Source of the DNA: Selaginella moellendorffii | Lineage: Eukaryota; Plantae; Lycopodiophyta | DNA: 64,000 bases | NCBI RefSeq assembly: GCF_000143415.4 | Contig: NW_003314404.1 | Location: forward strand, 124,001 to 188,000 | Direction of reading: 5' to 3' | Translations under genes and position numbers: made by a program | Shown here: positions 48,177 through 59,006 of the stretch, piece after piece | Position numbering within the stretch: position 1 is the stretch's first letter | How the letters are laid out: each line of letters starts with the position of its first letter | Notes under the pieces: model-generated | Seen by the model: the letters and a program-made list of their open reading frames with translations, nothing else | Databases searched by the model: none | What the model was told of the DNA's origin: nothing

Positions 48177-49703
48177 CTTACCCACAGTATGACGCGCGGT
48201 ACCGGCGCACGGAGGCGTTCCAGCTATGCGTTCACGTTGACTATTTTGACCGGACGGTTGGAATGCGCTGACCAAATGTTTTTAAGCGCCATTTACAGAA
48301 AATGTTTAAAAAGTAGCTCTATAGTTGCGAGCCAAAACGAAAAGGATTCGGTATGGAGATTTGTTTACCAGTGTCACGTTTTAAGCACATTCTCAATCTA
48401 ACTCCATCCATATCGCGAAATAGCCCCTCTTGCAATCCTTGTCTGCGCTTTGATTCTTCTCCCAGATCCATCTCTTGCTCTTAGAAGTGCCCCCATGGAT
48501 TGTGCCTCACAACTTGAGCGATTGGAAATCATAAACCACAGGACATGCTGCAATTACGTTCGATTCCTCAGTGCTCGTTGATGATTAGTCATCACGAGCC
48601 TTGGGAAAGTCTTCAAAGTCTGTAAAATTCAATGCGTAAAGCTGTGATGGCGATAATATATTTCCTTTTATAAATCCATAGAAGCTTTTGCAGTTTTTTG
48701 TCTAGGCAATATTTATCAATCAATCAATCAATCATTCACGCATTCTTGATCCAGTTCCATCCATCTCGCAAATGGCCCTTCTTGATTTTCCAAATCCATC
48801 TCTTGCTCCAACAGGATTGTGCCTCACAACTTGAGCGATTTCCCAGGAATCGATGCTGCGATTACATTTGGGAGAACAGGATTTCCTCATGAAGGAGCTT
48901 CCCGAGATCCGGGCTTGCGCATTGCCGGATGCGTAGGTCTCAAAATCTGGCTTGCTGCAGGAATCCCTCCAACAGAGCAGGAATGCATATAAAAAAGCCT
49001 GGTTCTCAAGCACAAAGATCGGATATATTCTTGCATATTTAAGATTAATATTAAAGTAATACATTTTGGAAATTATTTGCAGATTCTATGCATCAAACGA
49101 ACAAGTGATTTCACATGAGCATTATATAGTTACACGTATATTTTGGTTTTGAATTGCACACAATGTTATAATGTATACAATCATGTTTTGATTGTTATAA
49201 TAGCAATTGAAATGTGATTATATGCATAATAATGGCTTGGGAATGAGTAAATATGTTTAGGATTATAAAATTTATTATCACAATTGGATGGAATTTTTTT
49301 TTAATATTTCATTCAACATGCTGTTAAGCAATAAGATCATGCGCTCCAACTAATTTAACATGGCATATGAAACCACAAATTTTAATCCACTAATAATTTT
49401 ATCCAAAACTTGGTTGATGCCACAAAATTTTACTCTCTTAGATTAAACGTTTGCTCAAGTTGAGCAATATGTATAACACTTGTGATTCTTACATAGAGAT
49501 TAATAAGACCCCATTAGACTAAATAGTGTGGAGGTTTATGGCCATATTTAATTACACTTTCACAATCATCCTTGTTATTTTTGCCAAACTTAAATGAAAA
49601 AGAAGAATTTAAATTTTTTTTTACTAAATTATTTTGTGAGTCATACATGTCATAAAGAATTCAAACACATATAGTTTTTAAATTTATATATCTTCGACAC
49701 TTT

Positions 49704-49756
<53 letters not shown>
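49704..49756. repeat. Compound microsatellite (TA)n(TG)n
   Basis: Directly visible. Confidence 0.97.
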
Positions 49757-49763
<7 letters not shown>

Positions 49764-50595
49764 GTTGATGTAAGAGATCTTGAGTGTGTTTAGTTAATGT
49801 CATCCAAATGAATATATCAACCAAAACGATCTAAAGGATTTATGTTCGCTCAACATGGCGGGCTCTCAATATTGTGTATGTATACATAGTATTTAGAATA
49901 AAATTTAAGTTTAAAATATTATTTTATAGTAACTATAAATAAAATATTTTTTCACAAAGAGGCCAAGTATTTTATTAAAGTATATTCACTTCCTAAAGTT
50001 TTTGCCATAAATCTTAAATGTATAAATATATTATGTACAAATAAAATTAATTTAATAATCAATAAGATATGATTATAATTTCATTAAGTAGTGACTATTT
50101 TTCTTACTTTTTATGCTAATATTATAAGTAATAAGTTACAAAAAATTTATGTGCAAATAACACAATTAAGTATAAGAGCAAAAGTGTTTTATGTATTTGA
50201 TCACATTCTTGTTTAAAAGTTTATTATTAATGTTTGATTTACAAAAGAAAATTTATATTTAAAGATTAATACTCTATGAGTTATAATGAGCAAATAGTTA
50301 CCACTAATAAATATTAAATAAAACTATAATTAATATATATTTAACTTAAATCCTGTCACTCACAAAGAAAAATTCTTAAACATTCACAAAAATTTAAGAA
50401 GTAGATTTAGAAACTTAAGAAACTGTAGAAACTTATATTAATTTATAATTGAAAATTCTAAGAATGAATTCATCATAGGATTCCCAGAAACAATTTTCAG
50501 CTAGCTAGAGACACGAAAATGTTTCGATGTCTAGAACAAACAACAAAGTTAGTAAAGAAATGAAAAATCAACAAACGAGTCTTACCGGATTTCAC

Positions 50596-51516
50596 TCATG
50601 CTGCTCGAACTTTCTTCACAACCAAGTCGCTACCATGGCCAGGAGCACTCCTCTTCACTCCACAGCGCCTCCTGCGAGACATCGTCTCGATCTTGCAATT
50701 ACCGACGATCCAGGGATGCTCCAGCACGCCATCCAGCGTCAGCCTCTCGCTCGGCTCTACAGCCAGCATCCCGCAGATGAGATCCTCCGCCTCGTCCGAG
50801 ACAGGAGAACCATCCGGGAATACCCCGCCTCGCAAGAGCTCGATCTCCTGGGGCAGCTTGTAGCCCCTCAGCAGCTCATACGCGATCACTCCCAGCGCCC
50901 AAACGTCGACGGCCTTGGTGTACAAGCTCTGCGAGCTTCCATCGCCATGACCACCTTTGCAGCTCGCCACCTCCGGGGCCATATACTTCCCCGTTCCACA
51001 GTACTGCGACATCTCCTTGATGTCGTCCGTGGCCACGCCAAAGTCTCCAATCACCACCTCGTGCACGGCACTAGCGTCCAGCTTGACGAAGATGTTCTCC
51101 GGCTTGAGATCCCGGTGGACGATGCCCCTGGAGTGGATCTCCTTGAGCGTCTCCGCCAGCCTCTGGATGGTCTTGGCGGCCTCCTCCTCGCCCAGCGGCC
51201 CTCCCTTGATCAATCGATGGCACAGACTAGGGCCGCACAGCTCCATCACCATGGTCCCGTAGCAAGCCCCGCCGCTCCTCTCCTTCACGAAGCCCGTGAG
51301 GGAGACCACTCCAGCGCAGGGGCGGAGCTTGGACATGAGCCGGAGCTCTCTCCCGGCCTCCCTCCCCGATCGAAACATCTTCCCAGCGTAGCTCCTGGCA
51401 CCTTTGAGCACGAAAACCTGGCCCTGGCGCCCGCAGCCCAGCCTCTCGCCCCTCGTGTAGACCTTGAGGAGCTCAGCACAGTCGTCTTCGTCGAACTCAC
51501 CGTCTTCGCGCACCAT
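50596..51516 (-). CDS. Intronless Ser/Thr protein kinase, CAMK-group-like (306 aa)
   Basis: LGCGRQGQV, AGK, HRDLKPEN, GDFG, GTGKYMAPE, DVWALG, RLTLDGVLEHPW. Confidence 0.93.
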   Translation of the reverse strand: MVREDGEFDEDDCAELLKVYTRGERLGCGRQGQVFVLKGARSYAGKMFRSGREAGRELRLMSKLRPCAGVVSLTGFVKERSGGACYGTMVMELCGPSLCHRLIKGGPLGEEEAAKTIQRLAETLKEIHSRGIVHRDLKPENIFVKLDASAVHEVVIGDFGVATDDIKEMSQYCGTGKYMAPEVASCKGGHGDGSSQSLYTKAVDVWALGVIAYELLRGYKLPQEIELLRGGVFPDGSPVSDEAEDLICGMLAVEPSERLTLDGVLEHPWIVGNCKIETMSRRRRCGVKRSAPGHGSDLVVKKVRAA

Positions 51517-51700
51517 CGCAGAGCTTCTCCTCTCCTCTCTCGCGCAAGCTTTGCTAAGTGAAAAAAATTTAGGGAGGAAACCCTAGCTTCTCATAACGAC
51601 TGCATCTCGACGGCTGGGATGTGTCGACGGCGTGATCAACGGTGGCGATGCGCCTGACCGTGAATATACCGCTAGTATATTCTCGTTTAAATTGCCATAG

Positions 51701-53298
51701 CTACTCGCCTTTGTGCTTGAAGCTTTGCTCGAAGTGGAACTGCGCCGCATTGACGAGCCTGTTGGTGATGTCCACCACGTCCTGGTCGGGCACTACATTA
51801 CCTCTGGGCGATCGCGGCGATGCCCCGCCTCTCGGCGACGCCACTCTCACCTTCTTGGGCGTGTTTGCGCCGCTGCTCGTCGTGGTCGTGGTGCTCTTCA
51901 CCGATGGTGGCGGCTCCGGCGGCTTCTTCTTGGGCATCCCCTTGAACGCGTTCACTCTCGAGTAGCCCTTGGCGTTCTGGAGCTGCGTGTCCACCCGCCG
52001 GAGCTCCTGCGCGAGCTGGAACACCTTCTTCTCGAAGTACTCCTTGTCCACGCGCTCCTTCTCGAGGAGCTGCTCCAGGAAGCCGGCGTGCTGCTGGAGC
52101 TCCTTGCACCGCTTCATGTTCCGGCTCGCCTCCAGCGTCGTCTCCCGGGCCTTGTTGCGGAAGCCCTTGAGCTCGTAGCTCGCTCGCTCCAAAGTGTCTT
52201 GAGCGGCCTGGAAGAGTGTGTTAGCTCCAAAGTTTCTACGTGAGATCTTGCCCGGACCTGGATGATCTAAAGGCTATGGACGTAGATCTACAGGAGGACG
52301 GAAGCTCCTTACTTGCATGGAGGATTGAAGCCTGTGCTGTGTCGTCTCGAGGATGTTGGCCTTCTCTTTGAGGCGTCCCAGCTCCTTGTTCTGGCAGCTT
52401 ATCCGGTTGTGCGTGGCGTTGAGCCGCCGGACCAGCTTTTGCAAGTTCCCGACCTCCCCGGCAAACACGTCCCGTTCTACTTCAACTTCCTGGTGGATCA
52501 TCGCGTTAGATCGAGGAGTGATGAAAGGAAAGCTTGAAAGAGTGACGAAAGCTTGCCTTTGTATGAGAAACACGCAAGTCCTTGCGAAGGAGCGCGAGCT
52601 CCTCCAGCTGCCTGTCACAGGTTGATTGCAAGTCGTTTATCCGCATTTTCAATCCTGGAGCGAAGAAGCTTGCAAGGTGAATCCTCGCGAAGAACACTTT
52701 GGAGAGAAAGGAAACCTTGTAGCTTTGCTCGTAGACGCGATGAGCCTCCGGTTCTGGGAGCCTCGGCCGCTCCCTGTGCTTCCAAATCCTCGATGTCTCG
52801 CTCGAGCTTTCTGCCAAGAAACGCGAGATCAACAAGCTTGTTCCTCGCTGGAGAAACCAAGAACACTGACCGGGCTTATAGCTAGAAATGTTTGGAGGAT
52901 GGCAAGAAGTACTTGTTTTCGATCTCCAGCGCCGAGGTGTGGACCTTTTGGAACTTGATGTGCTTGTCCTGCTCGTAGAGCACCCTCTTGAGCTCCAAAA
53001 TCTCCTCGAGCAGCGCCTCCTTGTCCCTGGAGCCCATGAGGATCTTCTTGGGCATGAGGCTCCCCTTGGCGCGCATCGACAGCGTCGCGGGCGACACCGC
53101 CATGCCCTTGAGCCCATTGGGCGGTGGCGGCGTCATGGGCATCATCGGCATGGCGCCCGAGAGATCCATGACGGCGCGCAGCGACGCATCCGAGCGTGGC
53201 TTTGGATTGTAGGGGCTGGCCGCCCGCGGCCCCGGCCCGGCGCTCATCGGCCTCGCCGCTGGCTGCTGCTGCTGCTTCTTTACCTCCATCTTCGTCAT
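51701..53298 (-). CDS. Multi-exon coiled-coil protein resembling the N-terminal region of ciliary IQCE
   Basis: DKEALLEEILELKRVL...ALEIENK...LERDIEDL, GLKMRINDLQSTC...LRKDLR, QEVEVERDVFAGEVGNLQKLV, with short GT-AG introns. Confidence 0.65.
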
Positions 53299-53619
53299 GA
53301 TCTATCTCTTCTTGCTCGGGTTGTTCTTATTCTCTCTCCTCCTCCCAGCTTAGCGCATCTCGCGATTTGCATTGGAGCCCACGCCAGGGCTCGAAATTGG
53401 GTCACCGCTCCACCGGTTTGATCGATCGTGGATCCAGATGGGCGATCGTGGTGGCGTCAAAAGCTTACTTGTGTGAGCTTCCTTGGACCTTGGGTGTGAT
53501 GGATGGCGATTTTTTTTCCTGTTTTTCCTCGCTGCCTGCCACACCGGCCGGCATCGCGAGCCCTAACTGCCAGCTTCGTGGCACCGCCTTCGCCCTCGGA
53601 TCCTCGCATCCGAGGGCCA

Positions 53620-56600
53620 TGGTTGCGAGTGTTCTTCCCATGTGCCGGGGTAGTAGTAGTATGGTGCTAGGATGGAAGGTCATCGCTGTCCTCTCGTTTG
53701 TTCTTCCTCTCGCCAGTCCAGTGCCCGAGAATGTGACAATTGGGACGCTGTTCGCCTTCCGGACGAGGATTGGACGGGCTGCCAGGGCCGCGATCGAGCT
53801 CGCGGTGGACCGCGACGACGCGGTGCTCAATGGAACCCGGCTGCTCGTCCAGTTCTCCGATGGCAATTGCAACGCTGTCCAAGGAGCTGCCGCAGGTACG
53901 CTAGCATCTATTTTTCTAAAAGATCGAGAGCTTCCAACTCTTCTTTGCAGCGGTGGAGCTGATCAAGCGGCACAAAGTCGTGACCATCGCCGGCCCCCAG
54001 ACCTCGGAGGTGGCGAACTTCGTAGCACACATGGGACGAGTGACGCGCGTCCCGGTCGTCTCCTTCTCGGCCACCGATCCCACGCTGTCCGAGGCGCAGT
54101 ACCCCTTCTTCCTCTGCCTGGCTCTCAGCGACCGCATCCAGATGGAGGCCATCGCCGGCTTCGTCAAGCTCTTCGAGTGGAAGGAGGTGGCGGCCTTCTA
54201 CTCGGACGACAGCTTCGGCACCAGCGGCGTCATGGAGCTCCACGACGAGCTCGGCAAGGTCGGCGCCACCGTCTCGTTCAAGGCCGCGTGAGCAAGGGGA
54301 TGAGCAAGGACGACGTTGGCGAGTCCCTGGCCCGGTTTGCCGAGTCGGGCTGCCGGGTGTTCGTCGTCCACGCCGACACCGGCGTCGGGAGGACGCTGCT
54401 CATCCAGGCTTACAACCTCCGGATGCTCATGCCCGGCTACGTGTGGATCGTCACCGAGGCGCTCGCCAGCGTCCTCGACACCATCTACGACGACGACGAG
54501 TTCGTGGCGGCGTCGCAGGGAGCCGTGGGAACCCGGAGCTACGTCCCTCGCTCGCCGCAGCTCGACAAGTTCTACGAAAGGTGGCGAAGCGCGAACCCGG
54601 CCACCAGCGTGAACGTCTACGGCCTCTACGCGTATGACACCATCTGGACGATCGCGTACGCGATGGACAGGCTCTTGTCGTCCACGAATGCAAGCCGGAG
54701 CTTCGAGTTTCGACGTCGGCATGGCGACTCGGACCTTGCCAGCCTGCCGGTTCTAAAGTCCGGAGCTCGGATCCTCAAGGAGCTCGCAAAGACGAGCTTC
54801 GATGGAGCCAGCGGAAGGGTGGAGCTGACGAGCCGCGGGGAGCGCAAAGGCTCGGATCTGGAGATTGTCAACATGAACGGGAAGGGAGTTCGGGTGGTCG
54901 GCTACTGGAACCGGGCGAGGAGCTTCAATGTGGATCCTTCCTCGGACAGCCAGGAGCTGGAATGGTTTAGCCAGATGGAGCGGTGCCTCAACCGGATCGT
55001 GTGGCCGGGTGGCAGCTTGAACGTTCCGCGAGGATTGATGATCCCGAAATCCGGAAGGGAGCTCGTCATCGGCGTCCCGCTCAAGCAGGGATACAAGGAG
55101 TTCGTGGACTCCATCGCCGAGAGTGGCAGTGTGAGTAGCTTCCATGGCTTTTGCATCGACGTGTTCAAGGCCGCGCTCTACACGTTCGTGGGATTTGGCG
55201 TTGGGAATTCCACTCCCAGCTATGACGAGCTCGTCGAGAAAGTCGCGAACAAGGTAAAAGAATGATTTTTTCTTCGGTTTTTTCACGAACTCGACTGTGT
55301 GGTTCTTTAGAAGTATGATGCTGCTGTGGGAGACATCACTATAACCACTATAACTCACAAGCGAGCGAAGATTGTGGATTTCACGCAGCCTTACACGACG
55401 TCGGGCCTGGTGCTCGTCGTGCCGGTGACCGAGTTTCGTCCGCATCACGCGTGGGCTTTCCTCCAGCCCTTCTCGACTGCTCTGTGGTGCACAACTCTGG
55501 CCTTTTTCCTGTTCACTGGAGCTGTCGTCTGGGTCCTGGAACACGACAAAAATCGCGACTTTGGAGGCCGTCCGAAGAAGCAGGCTGTCACCACCTTCTG
55601 GTAAGTACACCATAGTATATGCTTCTTCTCCTTCTTTTCATATGATTTCTCTTTTGGTTTTCGTTGTGTGATCGTCAGGTTCACATTCTCGACTCTCTTC
55701 TTCGCGCAGCGTATGGATATCATTCCTTTCTTTTTTCGCTTGCATGACTCGTTTGTACTTCTCACTCGCAGGTGAAAGTGTGAAGAGCATTTTGGGAAGG
55801 ATAGTGGTCATTATCTGGCTCTTCGTGGTGCTTATTCTTACCTCCAGCTACACGGCGAGCTTGACATCGATTCTCACTGTTCGTAAGCTCAGGCCATCAA
55901 TCCAGGGCCTGTCCCGGCTGGTCGGGAGTAAAGTCCGGATTGGATATCAACAGGGATCTTTCGTGAAGGACTATCTCTTCCAGCTTAACGTGGACAACGA
56001 TAGACTGGTGCCTCTCCCCTCCATTTCCACGTACTCGTCGGCTCTGGCCGCCAAAGAAGTTGGAGCGGTCGTGGACGAGCTCCCATACATGCAGCCCTTG
56101 CTTTCGTCCGATTGTAAGTTTGCACTGTCCGGCGAAGAAAAGTTCTCGGAGAGCGGCTGGGGATTTGTAAGTCCTAAGTTCCTTTCGTGTTTTCTCTATG
56201 CATTAAGCCTCTTTTTTTTCCTTTGAACCAGGCATTTCCAAAAGGATCGACACTAGCAGCGGATGTTTCCACCGCGATTCTCACGCTCGCGGAGACCGGA
56301 GAGCTGCAGAGGCTTCACGAGACATGGCTCCACACGATCCAGTGCAGCGGAGAGGCGGTGAAAGTCAAGTCGGACGAGATCAACGTGTACGCCTTCTCGG
56401 GGATGTTTGGACTCGTTGCCGTGGTTGCGGCGGTGGGAGCTCTTGTCCACGCCGCTCGGAGCTCCTGGCAAAACTACAACCTTGCACTGCTGGCTGCTAC
56501 GCCGCTCCAGTGGCCCTCCCGGTTCGCAAAAGGTTCGCGTTTCATTCACTCCTGGAGCTCATACGTCTGGCAAACAGGAAGGCTGAGTTCCATTGCTATG

Positions 56601-56627
56601 ACAGAGGGTGAAGGGCAGCACGAATGA
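53620..56627 (+). CDS. Glutamate receptor-like (GLR) channel with an apparent 1-nt frameshift near 54288 (pseudogene or sequence error)
   Basis: Signal peptide; ATD (GPQTS, SFSATDP, GYVWI, YAYD); GFCIDVF, YDAAVGDITI, VDFTQPY, WFTFSTLFFA, SSYTASLTSILTV, GWGF|AFPKGS. Confidence 0.93.
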
Positions 56628-56660
56628 AACTTGTGAGAACTTCGATCGTGGAGGTTTTCC

Positions 56661-58522
56661 TCAACTTGTTGACTTTCTCCTTGTGCAGCAGCAAATCCAG
56701 AGGAACGAATCGGACCACTGAGAAAGGAAAAATTGAGCACGAAAAGAAGGAAAGCTCGCGAGTCTTACTTTGGATTCGCTACTCGTCTCTCCAGCTCGGG
56801 GGCTCCCGGTTCCATACATCCTCTCGATGACGCTGCGCGTCCTGGCCGTGTCCTCGACGCTCGAGCTCTTCTCCTCGCCGGGGTGGAAGTCGATGAGACC
56901 ATCCAAGTTGAAGTTGCCGGAGTAGAGGCCGGTGGTGGTGCTGGTGTCCCGCGATGTTGACTTTGGAAACAGGAAGGATGAATTCACAGGTGAGAATGTG
57001 AACTTCGACTCGTCCGTGTTGCGGACGACTTCCTCCACTCTGCTCCGGATCTCCGACTTGACATCGTATAACACACTGTGCTTGTCCTTGTAGGTGGCGG
57101 CAAAGAATTCCTGGCTTTGCTGCTCAACGTCGACAGGGTTCTTGGTGAAGTCCAAGTCGAGGTACCTGGAGCTGTTCAAGGCGCTGGCGTCGACCCCGCT
57201 CGGCCTCGACCCGGCCAGCTCGATGCTAAACTCGCTGCTGGTGACGGTGGTGTTGCTGTTCTTGCTGCTACTCCGGCTGGAGCTCTCCTTGGATTCCGAG
57301 CTGGTCGGGTTCACGTTGTGGTGAGCAGTGCTGTTGCTCAAAACAGTGGAAGAATTGCTTCTAATGTGAGGAGCCTGGCTGGTGTTTGATCTTCTCGGCA
57401 GGAGGAAGATATCGCTGCTGCTGTGCCGAGGTCCTCCCGAGAAGCTGATGCTCTTGGTGAGCCCCCAGAGTGACGAGGAAGAACCAAGCTTCTGGGGACC
57501 CGACTTTGCTCGGAGCTTCTTGGCCTCCTGCTGCTGCTGCTGCTGGCGGTAGTACGTGTAGAAGTCGAGGCGGCCGGGAAGGATATGCTCGCAGGGACTT
57601 CCGGTGTCGAAGCTTAGCGGAGAGATGGCGTGAAGCTGGTCCTCGGTTGGCGAGTCCGGGACTGCTTGGGACATGGAGAAGCTAAAGCCGCGGTCGTTTG
57701 CGAGGAGGAGAGCTTCCATCGGGGTCGTGACGGAGGGGAACGAGGCCGGGAATGGAAGGATAGAGTTGAGATCTTTGAGCTTTGGAGCTGGGGGTGTGGA
57801 CTCGGACGAAGAACTCCCGGCTGTTCTCCCGTAGTGGAAGACTGTTGTTGGTGACAAGTTGCTAGCTTCCTCGAGCTCGTCCTCTCTGCTTTGATGATCA
57901 TGGTGGTGGTGGTGGTGGTGGTGATACATTTCAGACTCTGAGAGAAAGCGAAGAACAAAAGAGAGATTTTGATGGAGCTGCTGGGAGAATGTCTTATGGA
58001 CTTACCTGGGAAGAAGCTTTTGGTGTTCTTCATGGAAGACGAAGCAGTATGATGTGGAGAGTAAAATCCTTTTTCTTCTTTTTCTTCGCTTTGATCTCCT
58101 CGAGCTAGTGAATTTCCAGGCCACGTTTCGTCCCACTCGAACGGAGCACGGGCATTCTTCCCTGCGTGCTGCGAGACGCTCTTGCGGATCTTCTCCTGTT
58201 CCTTGGTCACCAACTTGGAAAAGATCGTCTCCAGCGACATATCTGGTGAGAAGTCACTCCTGCTTTGCTCGGGAGAAGAACTGTGCATTGACAAGGAGTT
58301 TTGGTGGTCAATAGCTGGATCACTGCTGCACGATTCCTCGATCTCCATTTGATCGCGACTAGACGATTTGGGAGCTAGATTGGAGCTCGTCTGGAATCGC
58401 GAAAGATTGGACATGATGGTAAGCTTTCTCTCCTCGAGTTCTTCGGCAGTAAGGCTTCTTCTATTGTTTTGCAGGCGATTCTCCTGTGCTAGAGCGACCA
58501 CTATAGAATCCAGCAGCAACAT
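56661..58522 (-). CDS. Ser-rich, probably disordered protein with a PFEWDETWPG motif and His tract; intron 57938-58005; start uncertain
   Basis: Two long ORFs joined in frame by a GT-AG intron (FFP|ESEMYHHHH). Confidence 0.7.
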
Positions 58523-59006
58523 CCTTCTTCCTTTCCGCCAAAACTATCACTTTTACTTTATTGTCTTTCTTCGCCTCTCTCACTCTCGCGGATGATCCAA
58601 AAAGTTTTTGGTGCTCCTAACCTTCAAGCCTTCTTCCCTTCTGGCCACAGATCTCTCGACAGTCACTGTGCATGGGATCTCACAAAACCCCGCGCTGGAT
58701 GCGACGGCATTGATGGATGGATGGATGGCAAAATCGATCGATGCACGAATGCGCGATCTGAAAGAAAATTCGATCCATCGTGGTTGAATTTCATACCCTT
58801 TTGTCGGTGACCAGCCCAGCTTTTGATGAGGACAGCTACCCACGGGCACTATTACGAGCCATGTCGGCCACTTTCTTTTTTCCCCTCTTTTGAGTTCTTC
58901 CAAGATCTTCCACAGGTCGTGAGCTAAGAGACAAAGTTGCCTTTGGACGGCCGAGATTTAATGTACCAGAATATGCCGGTCTTTTGAATTTTAGGGCTAG
59001 GGCTTC

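Larger units (their letters stand above)
45396..48950. repeat. Inverted segmental duplication of about 16950-20606
   Basis: POLH 3' end, spacer, NUF2 and downstream flank are all matched in reverse orientation. Confidence 0.92.

Noticed and set aside
28000-49000. Helitron or Pack-MULE as carrier of the gene fragments
   Set aside because: No terminal inverted repeats, long TSDs or convincing hairpin-CTRR ends were seen at the junctions. Not excluded without a repeat search.
50527-51561. 344-aa plus-strand ORF
   Set aside because: Antisense shadow of the kinase gene.
53367-55265. 632-aa ORF as a single-exon gene
   Set aside because: It reads through GLR intron 1 and an off-frame stretch; it is open only because of the frameshift.
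54753-55613. 286-aa minus-strand ORF
   Set aside because: Antisense to GLR exons.
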